A stretch of DNA of 64,000 nucleotides from Sphaerochaeta sp. UBA6084 (GTDB lineage Bacteria > Spirochaetota > Spirochaetia > Sphaerochaetales > Sphaerochaetaceae), in assembly GCA_002428625.1 (NCBI GenBank), contig DIXI01000011.1, forward strand, positions 1-64,000, read 5' to 3'. Each line of letters starts with the position of its first letter. Position 1 is the first letter of the stretch. The notes under the pieces were generated by a model. That model was not told where the DNA came from and ran no database searches. It was given only the letters and a program-made list of their open reading frames with translations. Of the stretch, positions 45,873 to 54,677 are shown piece after piece. A program made the translations under genes and the position numbers.

Positions 45873-47759
45873 CTACTTAACCAGCTTGGCGCGGACAATC
45901 GCGTAGCCCCAGTTCCAAGTGGACAGAGGTTCGTAACCGCCGATGCGTGCATTGTAGAAATCGTGGTACATATCGCTGTACAAGGGGATATCCGGAAGCA
46001 GGTAGTTCCAACGTTTCTCGAAGCGTACCCATTTTTCCGACCAGCCGTCGAGGTCGGTGGGATCGGTTTTCTTCATATCGAGAGCGATGGATTCAAGTTC
46101 CTTGTCAGAGATGAAGTTGGTGTTGTAGGTGCCAAAATATTCAGGATCCGTGCTGTAATAGTACCAGTAAGCCTGGGTGGTGGCGAAGCCGGTTCCCAGG
46201 TTGAACATTCCGTACACGGGCTTGTCGATGTTTTCCTTGTAGTAGTTGTCGAGCAGCACAGCGAAGTCAACGGTGGTGCCGTTGATCTGCATGCCGATCT
46301 TCTTCACTTCGGGAACGAGCATCGTGGAGATGAGGTCGGAAACGGGGTTGTTGGCGGTATTGGCCCACTCGATCGAGAGTGCCATGAGCTTGCCATCGAC
46401 CATCTTGTAACGGATGGCATCCACACCCTTCACGAAAGGCTTGCCGGCGCTGTTGAGTGTCCAGCCACCGTCGATGAGTTCCTGCTCAGCCTTCTGGAGG
46501 TTGTACGCATAGGAATTCAGGGTCTCGTCGAGGAGGTCGCGGTTCTGCTGATACTCCCACATCGAAGCGCCGTAGTAACCATTCACTACGATACCGAAAC
46601 CGCCGGTGTACTGGCGGGCGAATTCGTCGCGGTCCAAGCTATAGGCGATTGCGCGGCGGACGTGGTCGAACTGTGTGGGTCCGAAGTCACATGCGAACGC
46701 GATCTTTCCATAACCATAGCGAGGATAGTTGGCGTAGTCGACGATGCCCATGTCGGCGAGGTCGAGACCACGGTTGATCTGGGTACCACCACTGATACCA
46801 TGCAGCATGTCGATGGCGCCGGTGCGCAACTCGTCCATCTGGGTGGCGGTGTTGGTCAACTTGATGATCAGCTTCTTGATGTTGCCCTTGGCGCCGTCGT
46901 ATTCACCCAGGAACCTAGGATTGAGGACCACGGAAGCGGTGCTGTCGGCAGGATTGTAAGCATCGAACTGGTAAGGACCGGAGGTGACCAGCGGCTTGAA
47001 GCGGTAGCCGGTTCCGGGGGTGAGGATGGTCTTGCGAAGCAGGTCGGCGTTGAAGTTATCAGAGATTGTGGCACCCTTGCCAGTATCGGTGATGGTGACT
47101 CCAGGAGCCAGCACGTGCATCGGAAGAGGTCCGATCGACACGAGGGACAGGTCGAAGAAGTACGGAAGTTCCGAGGCCTTGATGGTAATGGTGAAGCTGT
47201 AGTCGTTGAGCAGGCGGATACCGCTGAAGGTGCGGCTGGTGCCATCGTGGAAAGCTTCATATCCGATGTACTCAGGACCTGCGGCGTAGTTCGCGCCGAT
47301 TTCCTTGGCCTGTGGGGATGCTGAATACAGGATGGAGAAGACATAGTCTTTGGCGTTGATCGCGCTTCCATCGTTGTATGTCAGGTTTCTGGCAAGGTCG
47401 AACGTGTAGGTCTTGCTACCGTCGGCATTGACCACAGCAGAGGAATCGACCACTGCCACGGGGTTGATGATGAAACGTCCTTCCTTTGTGAAGGCGACGG
47501 TCTCATAACCACCCATCAGGTTCTTCAGGTACGAGTTGGTGGCGCTATTTGTCCAACCATCGAAAAAATCAGCGTTCAACTGGGTTGAGGACCCTAGTAC
47601 CACAAAATCCTTGGCGGGGGCGGGTGCGGCCGCAACGGTTGGTGTGGCTTCAGAACCACCACCGGCGAACAGCATGCCGGATACTGTCGCTAGCACGAGC
47701 AATAGAACAAGCATTCTTCTCTTCATACGCAGACTCCTTGTGTATGTATTCGGGGCCAT
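45873..47759 (-). CDS. ABC transporter substrate-binding lipoprotein, family 5 (oligopeptide/nickel type)
   Basis: 628 aa. The signal peptide plus 'LFAGGGSEATP' is a lipoprotein-like N-terminus. The SBP_bac_5 architecture is present. First gene of the opp-like operon. Confidence 0.8.
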   Translation of the reverse strand: MAPNTYTRSLRMKRRMLVLLLVLATVSGMLFAGGGSEATPTVAAAPAPAKDFVVLGSSTQLNADFFDGWTNSATNSYLKNLMGGYETVAFTKEGRFIINPVAVVDSSAVVNADGSKTYTFDLARNLTYNDGSAINAKDYVFSILYSASPQAKEIGANYAAGPEYIGYEAFHDGTSRTFSGIRLLNDYSFTITIKASELPYFFDLSLVSIGPLPMHVLAPGVTITDTGKGATISDNFNADLLRKTILTPGTGYRFKPLVTSGPYQFDAYNPADSTASVVLNPRFLGEYDGAKGNIKKLIIKLTNTATQMDELRTGAIDMLHGISGGTQINRGLDLADMGIVDYANYPRYGYGKIAFACDFGPTQFDHVRRAIAYSLDRDEFARQYTGGFGIVVNGYYGASMWEYQQNRDLLDETLNSYAYNLQKAEQELIDGGWTLNSAGKPFVKGVDAIRYKMVDGKLMALSIEWANTANNPVSDLISTMLVPEVKKIGMQINGTTVDFAVLLDNYYKENIDKPVYGMFNLGTGFATTQAYWYYYSTDPEYFGTYNTNFISDKELESIALDMKKTDPTDLDGWSEKWVRFEKRWNYLLPDIPLYSDMYHDFYNARIGGYEPLSTWNWGYAIVRAKLVK

Positions 47760-48075
47760 ACTCCACTATCCTCGTGGAGATAAAAGCCCGATTTGCCTCA
47801 GTATAGGGGATATTTGCATTCCTGTCAAAATTAAAAGCGATTCCAAAAAATGTTTTTATTCAAAAAACCACCGGATTCCTTCAAAAATTTTTTAAAATTT
47901 AGGAAGGATAACAAGTCATGACACAACCACACCCTTACTTCTGCAATTCCTCCCGCATTCAGGAAGAGGCCTGGACCCTGCTTTCAAAGAGGAGCTTGGA
48001 ACTATGGAAGCTTATTGCCGGACAAGGATTTCCATGATAGAGTACGCGGCATACCGTCACAAAGGACCTCCATCG

Positions 48076-49251
48076 ATGCACCCGACAATATTATTCGCAG
48101 GATTCTTCTTCTTCGCAGTCACCTATAATCTGCTCGGCCCTCTCGCCCCCGATATGATGGCGGCTACCGGAATGTCCCTGTCCGACTCCGGTACCTTGAT
48201 GAGTTTCCAACAGGTGGGTTCGGTTCTGGCTATCATAGCTTCCCTGTGGTACATGAAGAGGGTGCGCCAATCCCATATCATGCGCATGGGCTATCTCATA
48301 TTGATCGTGGCCCTTGGACTCATCGCCTTCTCCACGGGCAAGGCGATGCTTTACCTTCTGTATGCCTTTCTCGGAATTGGGGCTTTTCTTGTCGATACAG
48401 GGTCCAACGCCACCTTATCCACCATGTATTTCGAAAAGCGGGCTACCTACATACCCCTGCTGCATTTCTGCTATAGCGCTGGCGCGATAGCGACCGGCTA
48501 CCTGATTCTACCGTTCAAAGGCTCGAACTGGCGCATGGCCTATGCGATGGTCGGACTGATACTAACTGCCATCTTTCTCATTGGTATTCTTGATCAATCG
48601 CGCCGAAAGCGGAACAACGCACGGTCAGCTACCCCTAAGAGGCCCCGCCAGGAACTGCCCGCGGCCTCGATCCTTCCATGCATCAAAGATCCCGCCTTCC
48701 TGCTATATGCATTGGTGATCGCATTGTACATGGGCAGCCAGATCATCTGCGCGGCTTGGATTCCGGTGTATGTGGAATTGGAGCTTGGACAATCGCCCCC
48801 GATGGTCGCGACTTCCCTCACCATGTTCTGGGTGGGAACCGCGATTTCCAGACTCATCATCGGTCCTTTGATGAACAATGGGGGCAAGCCCTTCATTCTC
48901 TCGACTTTCGGCTTGGTGTTGGCAGGTCTGGCACTCATTGCAGCGACACTCTCGACACATATGGTTTTCGTCTTCACCTGCGTGGCTTTGTGCGGTTTCT
49001 TCGCTGGATCCACCATCCCCATGTTCATCGTAGTCACGTCCACATGGTATCCACGCAACACTGCGTTCATCTCCCTTTCCTATATTTTAGTAGGGACTTT
49101 CGGCCGCATGCTTTTCCCCTGGCTGGTAACGAAAATCGCCAGCTTCACATCCTTGGGTTATTCACTCGCCCTATCCAGCCTCCTCCTCATTGGAGCCGCA
49201 GGCTTAATACTGGTGGTGAGAAAACTCTCCAAAAACAAACCGACGTATTGA
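48076..49251 (+). CDS. MFS transporter
   Basis: About 12 TM helices. The start was chosen at 'MHPTILFAGFFFFAV'. The longest ORF starts at 48004. Confidence 0.75.
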   Translation: MHPTILFAGFFFFAVTYNLLGPLAPDMMAATGMSLSDSGTLMSFQQVGSVLAIIASLWYMKRVRQSHIMRMGYLILIVALGLIAFSTGKAMLYLLYAFLGIGAFLVDTGSNATLSTMYFEKRATYIPLLHFCYSAGAIATGYLILPFKGSNWRMAYAMVGLILTAIFLIGILDQSRRKRNNARSATPKRPRQELPAASILPCIKDPAFLLYALVIALYMGSQIICAAWIPVYVELELGQSPPMVATSLTMFWVGTAISRLIIGPLMNNGGKPFILSTFGLVLAGLALIAATLSTHMVFVFTCVALCGFFAGSTIPMFIVVTSTWYPRNTAFISLSYILVGTFGRMLFPWLVTKIASFTSLGYSLALSSLLLIGAAGLILVVRKLSKNKPTY

Positions 49252-49297
49252 TTTTTACTCTGCAAGAATTCGTGCCAGGCACGAAACTGACGTGCAA

Positions 49298-49330
49298 AAC
49301 CCTCAAACCAAGCTTGGGTTGAGGGTTTTT
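49298..49330 (+). terminator. rho-independent terminator after the MFS gene
   Basis: Hairpin AACCCTCAAACC-aagctt-GGGTTGAGGGTT followed by TTTTT. Confidence 0.6.
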
Positions 49331-49336
49331 ATGGAC

Positions 49337-49366
49337 AAAACAGCATCCTAGGTACCTAGGATGCTG
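49337..49366 (-). terminator. perfect 12+12 palindromic hairpin (CAGCATCCTAGG-ta-CCTAGGATGCTG), terminator for the minus-strand ABC operon
   Basis: On the minus strand the hairpin is followed by a TTTT run. A related 'gcatcc...cctaggatgc' hairpin sits at 12672-12693 between the convergent DUF438 and zwf genes. Confidence 0.5.
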
Positions 49367-49404
49367 TCAGTTTCGTGCCTGCCATAAAATTGACAAGCCT
49401 TTAT

Positions 49405-50523
49405 TCACACACCGATCTGACGTTCGATGCGTTCCCTTTCGATCTCCTTGGATTCGGCTGCGTACCAGCGGGGGTTCTTGAACATGATGGAGCAGGATGC
49501 GCCTTCAGCAAAGACATTCGCATGGGAGGTGTGCACCCGAATGGTCTGGTTTCCCAGCCTGACGTGGTACTCGATGCAGTAGGTGAGGTAGAGGCGCTTC
49601 TCGATTTTACCAGGATAGCCCGAGCCCGGCTTGGCCGAGATGTCGATCTCGTTCGGCCGGGAGGCAAGCAGGCCATCGGATCCACTGATTCCTTTGGGGA
49701 TGTCAAAAGGAATCGCCTGCCCGGCAGGGCCGTCCTTCACATACAGCTTGCCCTTGTCCACCACCACTCTCAGGAAATTTGAAAGCCCGAGGAATCCGTA
49801 GACGAACTGATTGGTCGGGTTCTGGTACAATTCCGACGGGGAGCCCACCTGCACAATCCGTCCCATATCCATCACCAGCATCCGGTCCGAAAGCGCCATC
49901 GCCTCCGATTGGTCGTGGGTGACGAAGATAATGGTGAAGTTGAACTTCCGCTGGAGGGATTTGATCTCGAAACGCATCGATTCGCGTAGCTGTGGGTCCA
50001 GGTTTGAAAGCGGCTCATCCAGCAGCATCACTTTGGGATTGGTGACTATAGAGCGGGCCAGGGCGATCCTTTGCTGCTGGCCACCCGAAAGATCGGAGGG
50101 ATACACATGCTCTAGACCTGCAAGGTCGGTGTGTATAAGGGCTTGCATCACGGCCTCATATACTTCGGTCTTGCTGCGCTTCTGGACACGTAGCGGGAAG
50201 GCCACATTCTCAAAGACATTCAGGTGCGGCCAGACTGCGAAGGACTGGAACACCATCCCTAATCCCCGATGCTCGGGCGGGACATAGAGATTTTTCTTCT
50301 TATCGGAGACGGGCCTGTCGCCCAGCCAGATCTCACCGGCCGAGAGGTCCTCAAACCCCGCGATCATCCGCAGCGTCGTGGTTTTGCCACACCCGGAGGG
50401 ACCGAGAAATGCGAAGCACTCCCCTTCCTCGATAGCCAGATTGAAATCATTCACAGCTATGACATCCGGACCACCACGGGTGCCGAATTGCTTGGTCACA
50501 TGGTTCAACACTATTTGTTTCAT
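49405..50523 (-). CDS. ABC transporter ATP-binding protein (PotA/FbpC-type with C-terminal TOBE-like domain)
   Basis: Walker A 'GPSGCGKTT', signature 'LSGGQQQRIALARSI'. ATGA overlap with the permease gene. Confidence 0.85.
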   Translation of the reverse strand: MKQIVLNHVTKQFGTRGGPDVIAVNDFNLAIEEGECFAFLGPSGCGKTTTLRMIAGFEDLSAGEIWLGDRPVSDKKKNLYVPPEHRGLGMVFQSFAVWPHLNVFENVAFPLRVQKRSKTEVYEAVMQALIHTDLAGLEHVYPSDLSGGQQQRIALARSIVTNPKVMLLDEPLSNLDPQLRESMRFEIKSLQRKFNFTIIFVTHDQSEAMALSDRMLVMDMGRIVQVGSPSELYQNPTNQFVYGFLGLSNFLRVVVDKGKLYVKDGPAGQAIPFDIPKGISGSDGLLASRPNEIDISAKPGSGYPGKIEKRLYLTYCIEYHVRLGNQTIRVHTSHANVFAEGASCSIMFKNPRWYAAESKEIERERIERQIGV

Positions 50524-52247
50524 TGCAGTGCCTTCCTTTCCTTTGTGATAAAACGGAGCGCCAGATTGCCTAGGACTATGATGAGAATCGCCACGGTGGC
50601 CAAGGCCGACGCCTGCACGGTGTTGCCCTCGGCGTTGATCGCATAGATGGCCACGCCAAGAGTCCTGGTGAACGGGCCATAGAGAAGCACGGAGGTAGTC
50701 AGCTCACGCATGGCGGGGAGGAAAATAAGGAAGAATCCTGCGATCATGCCCGGCCGGATGAGCGGTAGGGTGATGTCGCGCAGCGATTCCAAATGCGTCG
50801 CGCCGCAGGAGCGGGCGGCCTCCTCCAGTGAATAGTGGACTTGCTCAAGCGAGGCGGAGGCCGACTTCATGGCGAAGGAGACATACCGCGCGATATAGGC
50901 GATGAGGATGATCCAGATGGTGTTGTAGAGGTTGAGCACGAAAGCTCCGCTCCACACCAGGATTACTCCGATGGCCAGTACGATACCGGGGATGGAATAC
51001 GGCAGCAAGGAGAGAATCTCCAGCAGCCCCTTCCCTTTCGGCTTCACCTTGATGACCACATACGCGATCATCACACCGAGGAACATGGTGATCACACCGG
51101 ACGAAATGGAGAGGAACAGGCTGTTGAAGATGGAGTCGCGCACCATTTTCGACTGGCCCAGGATGTACTGGTAGTTGCGTAGTGTGAGATTCTCCCAGCG
51201 CAGGGGCAGTCCGTAGGCCTTGAGAAAGCCGACCGCGAGGATCATGAACAAGGGGACCACGACAATCACGAACAACGAGATGAGGCTGATGGTGAGCAAA
51301 GGGATCTTGGCTCCGCGGAGTTTTATCAACATCGGCCGCATGCTCTTGCCCTTGATGATGTCGTAGTGGCCGGTCTTGAGGACGAGCTTTTGGAGGTACA
51401 GCGCCGCAACCACCACAACCACCAGCAGGATTGATAGGGCGGCCCCTTCGCGGATTCCCTGGAAACTGCCTGCTGAACGGCTGATCAGCTGGTATATCTT
51501 GGTGGGAAGCGTGAAGATATTGTTGGAGAACCCAAGTATGGCGGGAACGCCGAAATGCGAGAGCGAGGAGATGAGGATGAGCATGGCTCCGGCAGCGATC
51601 GCGGGGAGCACCAGCGGCATGGTGATGCGTCGGATCACGTACCATTGGCCGGCCCCGGCGATTCTAGCAGACTCCTCCAAGGTGGGATCCATCCGCTCAA
51701 GCGCGCTCACCACCTGCAGGAACACGAACGGGAAGTAGTAGCAGGTCTCCACAAAGACGATTCCGGCGATGGAGTTGATGTTGAGCAGCGAGGTGGTGTT
51801 TCCGGTGATCTGCATGAAGAGTTTGTTCAGGTATCCCGATCGCGGGGAGAGCAGCAGGCTCCAGGCCATCGCGCCGAAAAACGGTGGAAACATGTAGGGA
51901 ATGGTGAACAGGGCTTTCATCACCCCTTTCATGGGAATATCGCTTCGGCCGATGAGCCAGGCGTAGAACAAGCCGAGCAAGGTGCCGAAAACGGTGACCA
52001 TGAAGGAGATGCGGACCGTGTTTACAATGGCGGAGAGGTTCTCGGGTGCCAGCACCACCCGGGGGAACAGCTGCCAATCGAACACATTGTCCTGGAAGAA
52101 CGTGCTGTAGACTATCATCACCATCGGAATGAGGACGGTGACCAGAAGAATCACAAGGGATAGGATGAACAAGCTTTGGTCGAGGCCGAAATGCTTGTCG
52201 CCCATCCCTTTGGATGTATGGAATATCTTGTGAAACATATAACGCAT
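50520..52247 (-). CDS. ABC transporter permease, fused double-TMD (FbpB/ThiP-like)
   Basis: 575 aa with two tandem 6-TM permease repeats, each with an EAA-like loop. Confidence 0.85.
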   Translation of the reverse strand: MRYMFHKIFHTSKGMGDKHFGLDQSLFILSLVILLVTVLIPMVMIVYSTFFQDNVFDWQLFPRVVLAPENLSAIVNTVRISFMVTVFGTLLGLFYAWLIGRSDIPMKGVMKALFTIPYMFPPFFGAMAWSLLLSPRSGYLNKLFMQITGNTTSLLNINSIAGIVFVETCYYFPFVFLQVVSALERMDPTLEESARIAGAGQWYVIRRITMPLVLPAIAAGAMLILISSLSHFGVPAILGFSNNIFTLPTKIYQLISRSAGSFQGIREGAALSILLVVVVVAALYLQKLVLKTGHYDIIKGKSMRPMLIKLRGAKIPLLTISLISLFVIVVVPLFMILAVGFLKAYGLPLRWENLTLRNYQYILGQSKMVRDSIFNSLFLSISSGVITMFLGVMIAYVVIKVKPKGKGLLEILSLLPYSIPGIVLAIGVILVWSGAFVLNLYNTIWIILIAYIARYVSFAMKSASASLEQVHYSLEEAARSCGATHLESLRDITLPLIRPGMIAGFFLIFLPAMRELTTSVLLYGPFTRTLGVAIYAINAEGNTVQASALATVAILIIVLGNLALRFITKERKALQ

Positions 52248-52295
52248 GGTGTTACCTCACTTTGCGGATTGAACAGTACTTCATGTGCAAGATGG

Positions 52296-53387
52296 TCATA
52301 CAGCCGGGTAGAGCGTGGGATTGCGGAAGACCAATCCGCATCGGCTGCCTTCCACCGGCACGCCCTCGCGGAACGCATCAAGCGAATCCTGCTGCACCCG
52401 CATCTGGTGCCCGCTGACATTGACGATATAATCGAACTGATTGCCCAGATAGGTGACCCGCTCCACTTCTCCGATCAACCCGAGAGCGTCCTCGTTCACC
52501 ACTGGGACCAGGCGGATATCCATCGGACGAGAAGCCAAAAGCATGCGGTCGGTTGTGGTAAGGTCCACGGACAGCGTGCCTAAGGGAAGCGTTTGCGGGA
52601 TGCCGGTGGTCACCAGCGCGAGCGTGTCGCCATTGCGGTGGACTGGCAGAAAATTCGAGACGCCTATGAACTTGTATACATCCTGATCCTGGGGGTGGTT
52701 CCAGATTTCCTCGGGAGTGCCGATCTGGCGGATATAGCCCTTGCGGTCCATAATCACCATACGGTCGGAAATCGTCATCGCCGTCTCCTGATCGTGGGTG
52801 ATGTAGATGACAGTCACGCCCATGGTCCTCTGCAGGTTGCGGATCTCGTAGGCCATCTCCTCGCGCAATTTGGCATCGAGGTTTGTGATGGGTTCGTCCA
52901 GCACGATGAGGTCGGACGAGGAGACCAAGGCCCGGGCCAAGGCGACCCGTTGCTGCTGACCGCCGGAGAGTTGCGAGGGCAGGCGCTCGGCGAATTCCTT
53001 CATCTTGACCTGGGCCAGCGCATTGTAGGCCCGGGAGCGCATCTCCTCTTTTGGCACCCGGCGTTTTTTCAACGGGTACATGATGTTCTCAATCACGGTG
53101 AGATGCGGCCAGACGGCGTAATCCTGGAACACCACCCCGATATTGCGTTTCTCGGGTGGGACCAGCACCCGTTTCGCCGCGCTAGACACGACGGTGCCCT
53201 GCAAGGTTATCTCACCTTCATTGACCTTGATGAACCCGCACAAGGCCCGCATCAGTGTGGTCTTGCCACAACTTGAGGGACCGACGATGGCGAGATTCTC
53301 ACCCCGCTCCACTTGTAACGACAACTTATCGATGACCACGTTTTTGCCATAACGGACCGTGACATCCTTGATGGTGACGATTGGCAT
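52296..53387 (-). CDS. ABC transporter ATP-binding protein (second PotA/FbpC-type ATPase in the operon)
   Basis: Walker A 'GPSSCGKTT', signature 'LSGGQQQRVALARAL' and a C-terminal TOBE-like domain. Confidence 0.85.
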   Translation of the reverse strand: MPIVTIKDVTVRYGKNVVIDKLSLQVERGENLAIVGPSSCGKTTLMRALCGFIKVNEGEITLQGTVVSSAAKRVLVPPEKRNIGVVFQDYAVWPHLTVIENIMYPLKKRRVPKEEMRSRAYNALAQVKMKEFAERLPSQLSGGQQQRVALARALVSSSDLIVLDEPITNLDAKLREEMAYEIRNLQRTMGVTVIYITHDQETAMTISDRMVIMDRKGYIRQIGTPEEIWNHPQDQDVYKFIGVSNFLPVHRNGDTLALVTTGIPQTLPLGTLSVDLTTTDRMLLASRPMDIRLVPVVNEDALGLIGEVERVTYLGNQFDYIVNVSGHQMRVQQDSLDAFREGVPVEGSRCGLVFRNPTLYPAV

Positions 53388-53459
53388 GGGAATTCTCCTT
53401 GAATGGAAAGCCCTGACCCCGGAAGCATGGTTCCGGAATCAGAGTATCGGGGGGGATGG

Positions 53460-54491
53460 TTATTTGAAGATCTTGTCGAACTTCTCCAGCATGCTGAGCT
53501 TCTCCGTGACCAGGAATTCGATATCGACCGGGAGCATCCGGGCTTCGGCTTCCTTCACATCGATGCTGTTGGCAAGCACCATCTTGGGATTGATCGGCAG
53601 TGTGAATTCCTCCAGGAGGACGGTCTGGCCCTCCTCGGAGATGATGTAGTCGTACAGCAGCTTGGCTGCCTCGGGGTTCTTGGTGTTCTTGATGATGGCG
53701 ATGGGGCTTTCTATGATGGGGATATCGTTGTCTGGATATACAAACCCGATAGTCGAGCCTTGCGCCATGACCGTGCGGGCGATGTAGTCCACGCCGATGG
53801 AGACTTTATACTCTCCGGCCGCCGCTTTGTTGACCACACCGCTGGAACCGTTCTCCAGCTTGATGCCGTTGGCCTTGAGTTTTTCGAAATACGCCCAGCC
53901 GTAGCGGGGGTTCTGCACCAGTCCGGCCACGGTGAACAAGGTTGTTCCGGACGAGGTGGGGTCGGTCATGGCGATGTAACCTTTGAATTCGGGCTTGAGC
54001 AGGTCTTCCCAGGTGTGGGGGATCTGGTCACCTTTCACTAGATTGGTGTTGTATACAAATCCGAGCATCACCAGCCGGGCGGACATGTACAGGCGCTGCG
54101 GATCCTTGAACTTGTCAGGGATGTCCGCGGCCGCTGGCGAATCGTACGGCATCAGGAGTCCCTGCTTCTTGAAGTCCAGATAGTTGGTGGGATCACCTAC
54201 CCAGATGATATCCGCGGAGATTCCCCCGGCCTGCTGCTCGGCCGCCAGTTTGGTCATCACATTGCCTGTACCGGCGGTGTAGTAGTCCATGCTGATATTG
54301 GGATACTTCTTCATGAAGCCCTCCCGGATGGCCGCCAGCTGCGAATCCTTGAGCGATGAATACAACATCACCGACATTTTCTGCGCCCCTGGCTGGGCTT
54401 TGCCCTCCTGCCCGCCACCGGCGAACAGCATGCTGGAAACGATCAGACTGATGGCCAGGAACAATACGAATCCTTTTCCTACGTGTTTCAT
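53460..54491 (-). CDS. ABC transporter substrate-binding protein, family 1 (iron(III)/thiamine/polyamine type)
   Basis: Signal peptide plus 'LFAGGGQEGKAQ'. SBP_bac_1-type fold. The start was chosen at 'MKHVGKGFVLFL'. The longest ORF extends to 54521. Confidence 0.8.
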   Translation of the reverse strand: MKHVGKGFVLFLAISLIVSSMLFAGGGQEGKAQPGAQKMSVMLYSSLKDSQLAAIREGFMKKYPNISMDYYTAGTGNVMTKLAAEQQAGGISADIIWVGDPTNYLDFKKQGLLMPYDSPAAADIPDKFKDPQRLYMSARLVMLGFVYNTNLVKGDQIPHTWEDLLKPEFKGYIAMTDPTSSGTTLFTVAGLVQNPRYGWAYFEKLKANGIKLENGSSGVVNKAAAGEYKVSIGVDYIARTVMAQGSTIGFVYPDNDIPIIESPIAIIKNTKNPEAAKLLYDYIISEEGQTVLLEEFTLPINPKMVLANSIDVKEAEARMLPVDIEFLVTEKLSMLEKFDKIFK

Positions 54492-54677
54492 AATTCTCCT
54501 CCTGCTTGTGTAACGTACCATCAGTATAGGATCGGTCTTTTTTCCACGGTACTTTAAATTCCCGCATAATGAAAAAAAAGCGGATTTTAAAGGAAAATTC
54601 GGATGACATCATATGCCACACACACTTTTAAAAGCCATACATTCCTATGTATTTCATAGATTTGGCGTCTAAAATCG

